From Prorocentrum cordatum (Eukaryota): DNA of 64,000 nt. The stretch spans positions 62,001 to 126,000 of the forward strand of contig CAUYUJ010000248.1 in the NCBI GenBank assembly GCA_963575745.1, in the 5' to 3' direction. How positions within the stretch are numbered: position 1 is the first letter of the stretch; each line of letters begins with the position of its first letter. Below are positions 33,615 through 46,250 of the stretch, piece by piece. The notes below the pieces were generated by a model. That model saw only the letters and a program-made list of their open reading frames with translations, did not search any database and had not been told where the DNA came from. Made by a program: the position numbers and the translations under genes.

Positions 33615-35124
33615 GTGGGAGCCCATACTGCGACCCGTGATCGACAAGTTGCCGAACGCTGCGGGCTTCATCGGACCAGGACGCCCTAAGCAGATCGTGC
33701 CCATTCGGGAACTGACGCTGCAAGCGTTGAAGCCGAACCCGCCATCTGGATGGCGCGTGATTTCCTTGGGGCAGTCCCCGTACCCTCGGGTCGAGTCTGC
33801 CACTGGCATTGCACATTTTGACAACTCCATCTCTTCGTGGGATGACGGCCGTTTTGGCGCTGTGGTTTCCATGCGCAACATCATAAAGGCAGCGGCCATG
33901 CATAAGTACGGCATACCCAAGGCTACCCCCAGCGCTGAGTTCCGCAAGTTGTTAAGGGATAGGGCTGTGGTGAATCCTGCTGAATGGTTCCAGGCAATGC
34001 TCACGCAGGGGGTGCTCTTCATGAATGCCGCATGCACGCTGCTCCCTCCCGAGGACAAGTCCGTCAGGGCTGGCAGCGTTGTGGAAGAGCACAGAAAGTT
34101 CTGGGCTCCGGTCATCGAGGCAATCCTGGGCGCGATCTTGGCAGAGTGCAGACTGCACGGCAAAGGCCTTGTGTTCGCCTGGTGGGGTGGGGAGAGCCTG
34201 AAGCTAAAAAAGGAGTTCGCCAAGACCATTTTCGCGGCGTACCGAGACGTTCGGATGGAGCACGTGGAGCACAAAAACCCTGCGGCCATGCAGGACGCTT
34301 TCTTGGATGAGCCCAATATTTTCGGGGCCATCAATGACAAGCTGAAGGCGCTGCAGCTTGGACTGCCCATCGACTGGCTACCCAGCGATGGCTGGCAACA
34401 CCACCTCTGCACGGATGCGCGCGCCAGCGCGATGGGCGAATTCATCACCGAGACGAAGGAACTGCACCGAATGTACCTGGAGCGCTTGAGGGATGGCCTG
34501 GACTCGGGCAACGAAGAGCTGGCAGACATCACGGGCGTGGAGTCGTCGCCGCTTGTGCCCCTCGCAGAAGCACTTCGGGCCCTCAAGCTTGCGGACGCCG
34601 CTCGGCAGTCAACCACCAAGGCCCAGGCTATGAACCGGGGCGCTCTCGGTATCGAGGAGGCGGCCGCGGTCCACATGTACACCACCAACCACCTCTACAG
34701 ACAGTTGAACGCAGCGCTGCGCTCTGCGCAGCGGTGCTCCATCCAGCAATACTTCCTGTACCTGCGAATCCTTCTGGCGGCCTTGTCAAAGCTGCCGAGC
34801 GCGGACAAGGAGCTGTACAGGGGGGTGCCCCTGGACCTGAGCTCGCAGTACGCGGTCGGCTCGGAGGTCACCTGGTGGGCGGTCTCAAGCTGCACGCCAG
34901 ATCTGAAGGTGGCCTGCAGCTTCGGAGCGTCGCAAAAGGCCTGCACACTGTTCAGGATCAAGGCACAGAGGAGTGTCGGCATCAGGGAGCTGTCGCAGTA
35001 CAAGGGCGAGGAGGAGTTTATTCTCGCTCCTGGCACGCAGCTCCGCGTCGACAAGGTGCAGAGAGCCGGCGGCAGGGTAGAGATTTTCCTGCGCGAGCTG
35101 GATCGGCCACGGCGTGTGAGGTAG
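33615..35124 (+). CDS. Exon 2: uracil-DNA-glycosylase-superfamily domain + R-S-E ADP-ribosyltransferase domain
   Basis: UDG-like: VISLGQSPYP..SATGIAHF, QGVLFMNAACT, H..FW, LVFAWWG, HKNPAA; ART: EAAAVHMYT..LYRQLNAALR, LYRG, WAVSSCT, GEEEFIL; phase-2 acceptor ctcag|G. Confidence 0.88.
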
Positions 35125-36619
35125 TGATCGGCATTTTCCCCGCTGGTGGTAGCAGCTGCCTGTCGAATGGCACAGGGTCGAACGGACAGCTGCGACCTCC
35201 AGCGTCAGGCCCTGCTCGCAAATCTGGCGGACAGGCAGATCTTGGGGAACGAGCAGAGAAATGGACATAAAACTCAGAGGTCCGTGCGGATCTCTCGGAT
35301 CGGCGCTGGATCCTTCTCCCTGGCGCGCGGAGCGCGCCAGGGGCGGCGCCGGCGCCGCCAGGGTGCCCCAGCGCCGACCCGAGAAATCCACGTGGACCTC
35401 TGATTTTTGTGTTTATGCCATTGTTTACTTTTCACCGGGGCCACCCGGCGCGAGAGGCCGCGGGGCCTTCGAGCGAGCCCGCGAACGGCAGCCCCCTCGC
35501 GAGGCGGAGGCCACGACTCTGGGGCCGCGAAGCGCGAGAGGCCACGGGGCCGCAGGGGGAGCCCCCGATCGGCAACCCCCTCGCGAGGAGGAGGAGGAGG
35601 AGGAGGAGGAGGAGGAGGAGGAGGAGGAGGAGGAGGAAGAGGAGGAGGAGGAGGAGGAGGAGGAGGAGGAGGGGAGCAGGAGGAGGAGAGGAGGAGGAGG
35701 AGGAGGGGGAGCAGGGGTCCTGGAGCCAATGCCCGCATGGGAGCGTGCGGCTCCCCTGCCGGGGGCGTATCGCCGATCCGCCGGCGATGCACTGCCGATG
35801 CCAGCTCAATGTGTCCCTCCCCCATACGGTCAGGAAGTTTGTTTTAACGTGTCGCGTGTCATCAATCAGTCAATCGAGCTTCGGCCGTTGTCAAAATTTC
35901 GTAAGCGGGGGGGTACCGGTTGAACCGAGATGTCGTTGTTATTTCCAAGGGGTGGTTACCTTTGAAGACTAGGTTTATGTTGTCGTTGTTTTTCCTGCGC
36001 GATCGGTTTCACAAGAGTGTGCTGGGAGTGATCGTGTCGCGACGCCTGTTCCGGCCCACCACGCTTCGGCGCGACACGCCGTCCACATCCCCGTTCCCGA
36101 GCGTCCACGGCCCAGGCCTCGTCCAGCTGCACGCCCCGCCGAGTCAGGGCGGCGTGCTACCCGCTCGCAGGGCACGGCGTGTCGCAAGGGCCGTCGCCGC
36201 GACGCGCGAAGCAAAAGTTCCTGGCCGTAGAGCTCACCCTCAGCTTGTTTGGTGAGGGCGGCGGCGACTTGGTGCCCCACCAGCTTCCAGACCCTGGATT
36301 CGTTCTCCAACGCTTTCTTATCCAGGGTGGGAAGGGAGGGAGGGGGGGGGAGGCAGAATGTGGAACATGGGAGGATGGGCAGGAGGGCATGGAGGAATGG
36401 ATGGGGGAGGAGGAGACGGAGGAGGAGGAGGAGGAGGAGGAGGAGGAGGAGGAGGAGGAGGAAGAGGAGGAGGAGGAGGAGGAGGAGGAGGAGGGGGGGG
36501 ACAAGTGAGGTGCGCTCGCGTCAACATCTGACATCCTACCCCTCCCTCCCATCCCTTACCATGGCGCTGATTTTCTCTATCCGCGGACGCGTGTCGTAGC
36601 GGACCTGTGGCTCCGCGCG

Positions 36620-37007
36620 CGTGTGCGTAGTGGGTGGTGGTGCGCGTGCGTGCGTGCGTGTGTGCGTGGTTGTGGTTGTTGTGGTGGTGGTGGTGTGTGG
36701 TGGTGGTGGGTGTGTGGTGGTGGTGTGGTGTGTGTGTGTGTGTGTGTCGTGTGTGTGTGTGTTTGCGTGTGCGTGTGTGCGCGTGTGCTGTGGTGTGACG
36801 TGGTGTGACGTCTTGGTGTCTTGCTGGTGGGCCAGGTGCGTACCTGCGTGATGGATGATGGACGGTGGTGGTTGTGGTGCGGTGGTGTGGGTGTGTGTGT
36901 GGGTGTGTGTGTTGGTGTGTGTGTGTGTTTGTGTGTGTGTTGGTGTGTGTGTGTGTGTTGGTGTGTGTGTTGGTGTGTGTGTGTGTTGGTGTGTGTGTGG
37001 TGGTGTG

Positions 37008-37063
<56 letters not shown>

Positions 37064-37260
37064 TGTCTGTGTGTGCGCGCGTGTGATGTGGTGTGACGCG
37101 GTGTAGCGTGGTGGTGGTGTGTGGGGTAGTGCGGTGGTGGTGGCGGTGCGCGGTGGTGGTGCGCGTGCGTGCGTGCGTGCGCTGGTGGGTGGAAGTGGCG
37201 GTGGGTGTGCGTGCGGCGGGGCGGGGCGTGGTGCGGCGCGGTGGTGGCGGGCGGATGGGC
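36620..37260. repeat. (GT)n/(GCGT)n/(GGT)n microsatellite
   Basis: Direct. Confidence 0.9.
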
Positions 37261-38072
37261 GCGCGAGAAAGAGGCCCGCGCTGGGGCGAGAACGCCATCC
37301 TAACGACGGAGGCCAAACACCGATCCGAAAATGAGGCCCACGCTGCAGCGGGAGCACGATTCGGAACGATTCGGGAGCAGAAATGAGGCTGGTGGTGGTG
37401 GTGGTGCTGGTGGTGATGGTGGTGGTACTGGTGCTGGTGCTGGTGGTGGTGGTGGTGGTGGTGGTGGTGGTGGTGGTGGTGGCGGTGCGGCGCGGTGGTG
37501 GCGGGCGGATGGGCGCGCGAGAAAAAGGCCCGCGCTGGGGCGAGAACGCCATCCTGAACGACGGAGGCCAAACACCGATCCGAAAATGAGGCCCACGCTG
37601 CAGCGGGAGCACGATTCGGAACGATTCGGGAGCAGAAATGAGGCCGGCGCCTCAACGAGAGCAGCATTTTGGGAAAAAATGACGCCGGCGCCTCAGCGAG
37701 AGTCGTTTCCCGGGATTTCCCGGGCATCCAGTGTGCAAAAAAACAGTACGCGGAGGGTGCGCGGCCATCACCTGGACGCCATCAGGGGAAGGATTCGGGA
37801 CCAGAAATGAGGCCGGCGTCTCAACGAGAGCAGCATTTTGGGAAAAAATGACGCCCGCGCCGCAGCGAGAGTCGTTTCCCAGGATTTCCCGGGCATCCTG
37901 TATGTAAAAAAGCAATACGCGGAGGGTGCGCGGCCATCACCCGGACGCTATCAGGGGAAGAAAATAACGTCGGCGCCTCAGCGAGAGTCGTTTCCCGGGA
38001 TTTCCCGGGCATCCTGTGTGCCAAAAAACAGTACGCGGAGGGTGCGCGGCCATCACCCGGACGCCATCAGGG
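37228..38072. repeat. Duplicated ~160-bp module followed by ~170-bp tandem units
   Basis: 37228-37390 matches 37484-37645; gagagtcgtttccc.ggatttcccgggcatcc...gcggagggtgcgcggccatcacc occurs 3 times. Confidence 0.8.
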
Positions 38073-38105
38073 GAAGAGGGAGAGTATATTCATATTGAGT
38101 AATTG

Positions 38106-38699
38106 TGGAGGAGGAGGAGGAGAAGAGGAGGAGGAGGGAGGAGGGGGAGGAGAGTGAGGAGGAGGAGGAGGAGGATGGAGGAGGAGGAGAGTAGGAGGAG
38201 GAGGAGGAAGAGGAGGAGGAGGAGGAGGAGGAGGAGGAGGCGGACGGAGGCGGAGGAGGCGGAGGAGGAGGGGAAGGCGAGGAGGAGGAGGGGGCGGAGG
38301 AGGAGGAGGAGGAGGAGGAGAGGAAAAGAGGAGGAGACACAGAGGAGGAAGAAGGAAGAAGAAGAACGAGGGGAGGAGGAGGAGGAAGAGGAGGAGGAGG
38401 AGGAGGTAGGAGGGAAGCAGGAGGAGGAGGAGGAGGAGGGGGAGGCGAGGAAGAGGAAGAGGAGGAGGAGGAGGCGGAGGGAGGAGGAGGAAGAGGAGGA
38501 GACGAAGAAGAGGAGGAAGAAGAAGAAGAGGAGCGAGGAGGAGGAGGAGGAGGAGGAGGAAGGACAGGAGCAGGAGGGGGGGGAGGGGGAGGAGGAGGAG
38601 GAGGAGGAGGTAGGAGGAGGAGGAGGAGGAGGAAGAGGAGGTAGGAGGAGGAGGAGGAGGAGAGGAGGAGGAGAGGAGGAGGAAGTGGAAGAGGAAGAG

Positions 38700-38734
<35 letters not shown>

Positions 38735-39165
38735 GGAGGAGGAGGAGGAGGAGGAGGACGAGGAGGAGGAGGAGTGCCCTCACCATAGCCCTCCACCTCA
38801 ACTTCTCTTCTACAAGGGGGCGGCGCGCGAGCGCGAAGTCCTGGTCGGCCTTTGGCGCTCGGGCCGCTCGCCGGAGGGGGCCGCGGGACGCCTCCCTCCC
38901 TCTCTCCCTCCATGCCTCTCTCCCTTCCTACTCCCTCCCTCCCTCCTCATCCCCCCCTCCTTCCTTCCTCCCTCCCTTCCTTCCTCCCTCTCTTCTCCCT
39001 CCTCCTCCTCATCCTCCTCCTCCTCCCCCCTCTCTCCCTTCTCTCCTCCTCCTCCTCCTCCTCTCCTCTCCTCCTCCTTCTCCTCCTCCTCCTCCTCCTC
39101 CTCCTCCCTCCTCCCTCCTCCTCCTGCCTCCTCCCCCTCTCCCTCCCTCCCTCCCTCCCTCCCTC
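38106..39165. repeat. (GGA)n tract followed by a (CCT)n tract
   Basis: Direct. Confidence 0.9.
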
Positions 39166-39183
39166 TGTCAGCGTATTCGGCTT

Positions 39184-40512
39184 TTGGCTGAAACAGGCGC
39201 TCCGATCTCGTATTCGGCGATCAATTTCAATGGTCGGGTTGTCCCTGTGCTAGGATATCGCGCACAGTTCATGCCTCTACCAACGCGGATGTGCAAGCAG
39301 ATCTTCCACCTGATGGCCATCTTGTGCCGGTTCCCGTCGGGGTCGTTCCGGCTGCAGGATTTCTTCGCGCTGCACCATTGGTCAGGACCGCACATTCGAT
39401 CTCCGCTTGCCTTTGCCACTAGCCGTCTGATTCGTTCTTCTCTTGACACGCTGGCCGTCCATGGGCGCATTTTAGCTTTCATGCGTCGCGCAGTGGTGGA
39501 CATGGGTGACGGCCGTTCGTTATGGTTAACGCACCATGACAATTTGTATCCGGGCTTCTGGAAGATGCGGTCGTTCGCGGAATACCTAGCCGACGCTGCC
39601 GCTGATCGGCTTTTGAATCGTTACCATGCGGGGGATGCGTTTGAAGAAGTCGTGGCTGCCGCACGTGTCGTACCCGCTGACGGGCGTTGGCGTCCGCAGC
39701 GTCTGGCGTATGCACAGCTCACACATCATTTGCTCCCTCCATTGTTGATCCCGCTGTTCGAGTCGAAACTGCGTCGATGGTGGCCTCAACGCCAAGCCGA
39801 ATTGGCCGAGATCCCTTGGGACCAAATCCGTGCACATTTTGCCTCAACTCCTATATCCTGGGTTTTCTCGTTTCTCCGCACTATGTCTGGAGGGTGGTTG
39901 ACAAGCTTCCGAATCGCGCATCCTCGTGGACAGTTGCGGTGTCTCTTTGGGTGCAAGACCTGCTGGGACCAACAATCCCAGTATGCGGAATGTCCAGTGT
40001 TTGATTTGGCGTATACCACAGTGACGGGTGAATTTCTTCCCACAGACCTTTTGGAACGCTGGGGGCTGAAAGGAATGAACGAGGCCAACTTGAAGTTCAT
40101 CTTTGTCTCATGTGCTGCTTATCACCAGCTGCGCTTCGTGAGCTCGTCGGAGATGCGTGCGGTGCGTGATGTGGTGGCTGCTGGTCTTCGCTCGTATTGC
40201 CTTGCCAAGACTCACCCCGATCGTGAACGACCGCCTGAGTTTTCATATCGACACCGGCGTGACGGGCCCAATGCACTCCAACCACACCCGCGCGAAGCAC
40301 CCCTGACTCAGAGTGCCGCGACCTCCGGAGCTGCGCCTGCGGACGTTGAGGTGGACCAGATTTTGCCCGGAAGGGCTGAGGATTTGCAACATGAGTCTGA
40401 TGGCGATTCATTGGTTTTGTCTTATTCCCCTGATGTGGACATCGGTGATCTTTCTGAGCTGCGCCCGCACCGCATCAATCTTCCACCCGTGCCGGCTTCT
40501 TCGGCGCCGTAG
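39184..40512 (+). pseudogene. 5'-truncated LINE ORF2 C-terminal region, still an open frame (442 aa)
   Basis: VLGYRAQF, LRTMSGGWLTSFR, CLFGC..C.D...YAECP; the same motif order occurs at the end of the LINE at 55070-55190. Confidence 0.7.
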
Positions 40513-41058
40513 GCGAGGAGACCCGCGCTTTCTCCGACGCTCGATCCCTCCCTCCCTCCCTCCTTTCCTTGTGTTTGTTACTCAATCTCGGGATTTGCGG
40601 CAGCTGCACGCGCTGGCGGGGCTGGAGTGATGGGACAGCGCCTGTGTTCCGCAGGCCCGAAGGACAAGAGCCAGGCCCAGGCCCCGAGCGGGTCCCCCAC
40701 CGGCAGGGGCGGCAAGAGGGGCCCGGCTCGGCCACACGTAAGAGATGGATCGCCATGATGCAGGCGGGTCCTGGGGGACATGGGTCCCGAGGGTGTTCGG
40801 CCTCTCTGGGCCCTCCGCGGGCGCTGGGGTTGTCCGATAGCGACTCGGAGCGAAAGGCCGTGGGGTGGAACGTCACACGCTCCTTGTGGCCAGCGGCTGC
40901 CATCAGACAGCGTGGGGTGCTCCGTCTTAGCATGGGTCCCGGGGCCCGTCCCCCTCGGTGCACGCTTCCCTCGGGGCGCGTCTGCTGCATGACAAGCGAG
41001 GCCTCCCGCAGGAGCGCAGGCAGAGACAGCGGCGCCCCGCGGCCCGTGCCAGAGGGCC

Positions 41059-41090
<32 letters not shown>

Positions 41091-41184
41091 CTCTCCTCCT
41101 CCTTCTCCTCCTCCTCCTCCTCCTCCTCCTCCTCCTTTCTCCTCCTCCTCCTCCTCCTCCTCCTCCTCCTCCTCCTCCTCCTCT

Positions 41185-41608
41185 TGTTCCAAGCTCTTTT
41201 CCTGAGATGCGTCACGAACACATCAGCTCACCTCAAGACCCACCCGGGTGTGCGGGAAATCTGGACCCTTGAGCGCCAGCCTAACCTTGAGGCGAAATGC
41301 AAACGCACGCAGAGATGCCCCGGACAGTGCATCAACAACGTGATTCATGAATTGCAGCAGCACGCATGCAAGACACAGGCCCGATGATATAACATTACGG
41401 CAAATTCGTATCTACAGCAAGGTGGCCTGAGAAGTGCAGCAACACGCATGCAAGAGATACCCATACGAAATGCTGAACCCATGAGGGATGAAAACATATT
41501 CAAACGACAATCCCCTTCCCGGGTCGCACTGGGAGACGGGCGGGGGGAAGGGGAAGGAAGGAAGGAGGGGGAAGGGAGAAGGGAGGGAGGAGCGGCACAG
41601 GGAGCCTT
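41185..41608 (+). repeat. Direct repeat copy 1 (about 420 bp)
   Basis: tgttccaag..ttttcctgagatgcgtcacgaacacatcagctcacctcaagaccc...ggcacagggagcctt; matches 46580-46984. Confidence 0.9.
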
Positions 41609-42089
41609 GATCTTTCGACCCCTCAGATCACCAGCAGGGTCTCGGTGGCGCCGTCGCTGGCGCTCCCGTACGCACTGCAGGGTACATGATCACGTTATTG
41701 TGGCAGGCAGGGTATGGCCAAGCATAGCCAGGCGGATACCACATTCCAAAGGGGTTTGCGTGCGCGCCACCGCGGTAGTAACCCTCAGCGGCACCGTGCC
41801 CCAGCAGGTGCCGATGAAACGTAGACACCAGAGAAGACGTACCTGCAGCCACCAGGAAACGGAAGAAAGGCCCGACACCCATTAGGACGCAGCTTCCGCA
41901 GAGGTAGGCGATATGCGGCAGAGAGGACTGGTACTGGTAGGTGTGGGACTCTGCCGGTGGCGCCCTCCGGCTCCTGGTATCGAGTACATGCATGGCTGCA
42001 TCCGGGTATTGCACCTGCCACGCCGCTTCCGGCATGTTTTACACTCGCAGTCGCCCTGGAGGCACTGCGGGCGGTATGGCAGAGCCCAG

Positions 42090-42790
42090 TCACAGGCGCA
42101 CCAGCTGGGGCACCTCCTGCTCCTCCTCCTCGCGGCTCTCCTCACGAAGCTGCGCGAGGAAGCTCTCCGCCAAGTGCAGGACGGCCCCCGACTTCCCGTG
42201 GCTCTTGTCCTGGAGGCCGTTGTCCTTGAGGTACTGCGCCATTCTATTCTGGCTGCCCCTCTTCCCGAGGACTGCCTGCACGAGCTGCAACGCCGTGACC
42301 TGGCCGGCCAGCACTGCGAAGCCGAAGGTGTGGGCCACGACAATGGCCGTGCCCGGCGGCACCATCGTCCTCGCCGACATCTCTTCGTCGTAGCGCCCCT
42401 TCTTGGCTGCAGGCGCCGCTGCTGGCGGCGCAGCGTCCGCCCGCTTATTTCTGCCAGCGGCCTTCAAGAACTCCGGGCTCGCCGCCGACGCCTCTGCCAC
42501 GGCAGAGGCGCTGCCCCCCTGCGGGCTGGGGTCTTGGCGCTGCGGAGCGGCCAGAGACAGGAGCTGCTCCAGGTCGGCCTTGGGGGCCAGGGCGTGGAGG
42601 GAGGCGTCCGCGCCCGGTGTCTCGCGCAGGACCTCGCGAGCCGCGTCCCTGAGGCCCTCCTGCCGCGTGGCCGCCTCGCGGGGCTCGATGGGGGCCCGCG
42701 TGGGGCCCTCCAGCAGGCCGTGCTGGAGGGGTCGGCCGTCCGAGAGGTTCCGCCCGACCCGCCGCTGCCCCGGGCGGACTGGTAGCCGCC
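42090..42790 (-). pseudogene. Unknown protein-like fragment
   Basis: Coding-like GC3 bias and helical peptide (DLEQLLSL...FGFAVLAGQVTALQLVQAVLG..MAQYLKDNGL); no clear start. Confidence 0.35.
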
Positions 42791-43139
42791 ACACGGCCCG
42801 TTCCACTGCGTACGCCCTCGTCTGTGCTACTTTGCCCTTTGGAAGTGGCCACCCCTTCAGGATTGCATTGCTTTTAAGGTTGCTAGAAGGACAGAACCAT
42901 CGCCAATTTGGGAAGAGGCTCGTCTGTGCTACTTCGTCCGGCCATCTCGGCGCAGCTCGATGCGGGCAGGGCAGACACAGCACGTGCGGCAGAAGACGCC
43001 TCGAAGACGAACGCGCAGATGATGAGGAGAGAGGGGCGACGAGGGACAGGAGGCAGAGGTGCCGGGGGAAGAGAACGAGCATGCAGGAATACAGAGTATA
43101 CGTGCAGGGGCCCAGTGACGAAATGCAACGCGGCAAGCT

Positions 43140-46100
43140 AGCACATATTAAGTAGCACACGGTGAAGGCGAGGGCACGATGCCTGAATGTTCACGCAATC
43201 TGTTTGCCAAATGTAATCGTAAGTTTCCGCTTTCTGTTGAACGTGCATGTGTGCATGTTCGGACGTACGCCACACATGGCGTATGCTATCGCACGGTAGG
43301 GATATCCTATACGACGTAACTTCAGCGCCTCGTTCGTCTGCAGGGCATCGACATAGTTGTATGATCCATGCTACACGGCATTGAACGTACTGAACTAGAG
43401 GGGCAGATCCGAGCAGACTCGAGGTGTCATGTGGCACAATGCGGGTGACATGTTGAACACCACACGCACCGACCGCGAAGTCCAGGTTTCAGTTATGCGT
43501 GCAACATGTATGTCCCACCAAGAGATATCCCAATGAGAGTCCAAGAAACGGAAATTACAAACCTCCTTCTCCTCCTCCAAATTTACGCTTGAGCCTTGTG
43601 GCACAACACGCGACACGACACGCTTGATACAACCAGTACAAAGTAAAGTGCTCAGCACTACCATGTCGTCAACGTACCAGAGCCAAGCAAGAACGCTCTC
43701 CCAGGGAAGACGTTGCGGTAGATCACACTCCCGACAGAGTCCAGGGTCCAGAAATAGGCGCCGGGTGCAGGCACCCATCATCATTGCAGCCAGCGGCTCG
43801 GACAAGGCACCGCCTTGTAGCAGACCACGAAGCCGTGACAGAAGTACACTGCCCAGCATGTAGTAATTGTGATTTGAATCTCGATGTCGACCATGCGAAG
43901 AATGTCAGCAACTTGACGACAGGGTCCTCCGCATTCGGGTTCCGAGTGCTACCGCCGAGGGAACTTTTACCTCCAGCCCGCCGGCAAACACTAACCGTGG
44001 ATCTGCCACTCTCCAGACGCACCTGGCCCAGCAGGTCCTCAGCATCACATCGCGTTTGCCGACGACCAGCAGTCGGAAAAAAGGAGTCGACATCGAAACG
44101 CCTGCCACTGACGAAGGACGCCGTGTGCAACCACACGCACTGCAGAGCAAAGGTGCAGCAGACCTACCCAAGGAAAGCCGTTGCCTTGCCGTCGATGCCA
44201 AAGATTCCGTTGACCACAAAGTCCACGAAGTGGTACCCTCAGACTTCAAACACGTACGTAAAGCTCGAGCGGCGATGCTAGCATAGGCGCGCGTAGGGCA
44301 CGATGGACGAGCACAAACCTGGCGATAATGATGGCGGGCCCGCCTGCAAGCGAAGGAGGCCCCATCAAAGCATTAGTTCTTCGGGTTTAAAAACACATGC
44401 CCGAGGAATCCGCGCCGCGAGCTTTGCAGCCCACGGCGCGGCCATCGCAAGGGTACAGAAGCCTTGTACAAGTGGTGCACGTATCTACATGTTCTGTCAA
44501 CGTCACACGGGGCAGCAACTTCCCGGCCCCAGTCTTCTGAACGATCTTCTGAATGAAGAAGATGGTCCGCCAGCTCAGTCCAGTAGCCGTGGCGAGATCG
44601 CACCGTTCTTGTTTTGCCATCGTGATCCACTACAGCACACACCTCGCCTTCCCCCACACGGATGTCCTGCGAGGCCAGCAAGTGCTCGTGCGCAAAGTCA
44701 TCTGCGATGCTACCAGGCCGTGCAGCGTGGGAAGCTCGCCGGACCTCGTGCATAGAGTGGTCTACAACATTTTGTGGTATATGGCATTGATCACGCAATG
44801 CCACAAGCTCCGTACATAGGTGATTGCACAAACTCACGTTATCAATATGGTAATGTATATCCCAGTCATGCTGCACAAAACGACTGTCACGTCGTTCGCG
44901 TAAACGTGATAGATACGAATTGTTCTAAGACTTCCACGCGCGAACATCAAATTCACGTGTTGTGCGGATGTGGCTGGTGAATCCCGTGCGAAAAGTTCCT
45001 GCGCATTGTGGTATGTATGCGTACGTTCAAAGACGAAGCGTGTGCGCGCAGCTGACCAACCACTGTGCTCCCGCGTGCTCGTGCGCATGATGTGCCAGAG
45101 GGCAGAACTTTGTATATTTGCAGCGTGTCGGACAGCCTGACCACGACAGTTCTCGTCGAAATCGTAGCAGTAGAACGCAACCACCAGAGAATGCGGCGAG
45201 ATACGCGCGCGCCTGCAACCCCCATGAGGAAATCACGCACGAATGCCCACAAGGTGAAAATAGTGTCAACTGCCCCAGGAAGGGCGCAAAGTCGTTGCAA
45301 TAATAACTTTCCTGCAAGACGAACTACCATGCCATGCGGTGCAGCCTAGCGAACGATTGGGAATCGCAAGCAACTCTCGTGTGCGTGTCCGCCAGTGCGC
45401 CAGTGCAGGACTGCAGCGCGAACGTGCTCAAGTACTTGGTGATATTTTCCTATATCAGAGCGCCAACGCCTGTAGCGCCATTCCGAAACCGTCGGTGCGG
45501 CCGTCCTCTCCTGAGAGCGCGCCAGTGAACGTTAGCGTCATCTCCGCTTCCGACGACGCGCCGTGGTAGCAGATATTTGTGTAGGGGCACCCATTTTGTG
45601 GATAATGGCTTGCCCATGTGCGAAGATGTCTTGGGAGTGCGGGCCAATAGCGTTGACCACCACATAAAGACTCTCTGGAGGAAACTGCGACCGTATCCGA
45701 TACCGTTTGTACCTCGATTCGTACGTGTGCTAACGTAGAAAATGCATGCGGTGCTCGAGAAATCGCTGGCAAACACCCGCGCCGAGAGGGTGAACATGCT
45801 GGTGCGCGTGCCGATGTAAACGACTTTCCCCACCTGCTAAACAGCGTGCAATAAAGAGAACTGGGTATACCCAAACCCTTGTTCGCGCGGCTTGCTACGA
45901 GGATGAAACAGATACCCCCAGACACCCCGAAGAGACTGTACCATTTCAAATCGAGAACCTTTACCTCCGAGTACGTATGGTTGCACACGAGATGATAACA
46001 TTTGTGAGATCTTGCCCGGCACTCGTCTGTGGTGATACAGCCGCACAGCGACGAGACCGGATACGTGATTGATGAAGACAGCGAGTGGGACAAGAGTTAG

Positions 46101-46250
46101 AATTTGCCGACGCGTAGAATAAGAAGAAGGGAATATCCGCAAAATCAATGCGAACGATCAGGGTTGGAGAGAAGGACGAATAGGAAGTTGTGGAGGGCGA
46201 AGCAGGACGAGGACAAGGCAAGACCACATTCTATCTCAGAGTTCTCGATT
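43140..46250 (-). mobile_element. Degenerate Penelope-like retroelement with a putative N-terminal GIY-YIG endonuclease
   Basis: Frameshifted RT motifs DVDSFF, LQGGALSEPL, WYVDD, RFLD; upstream SLY...GKVVYIG...QRFLEH at about 45700-45870; lower GC than flanks. Confidence 0.65.

Noticed and set aside
41200..41260. Hammerhead ribozyme in the direct repeat
   Set aside because: No intact CUGANGA...GAAA core found by eye
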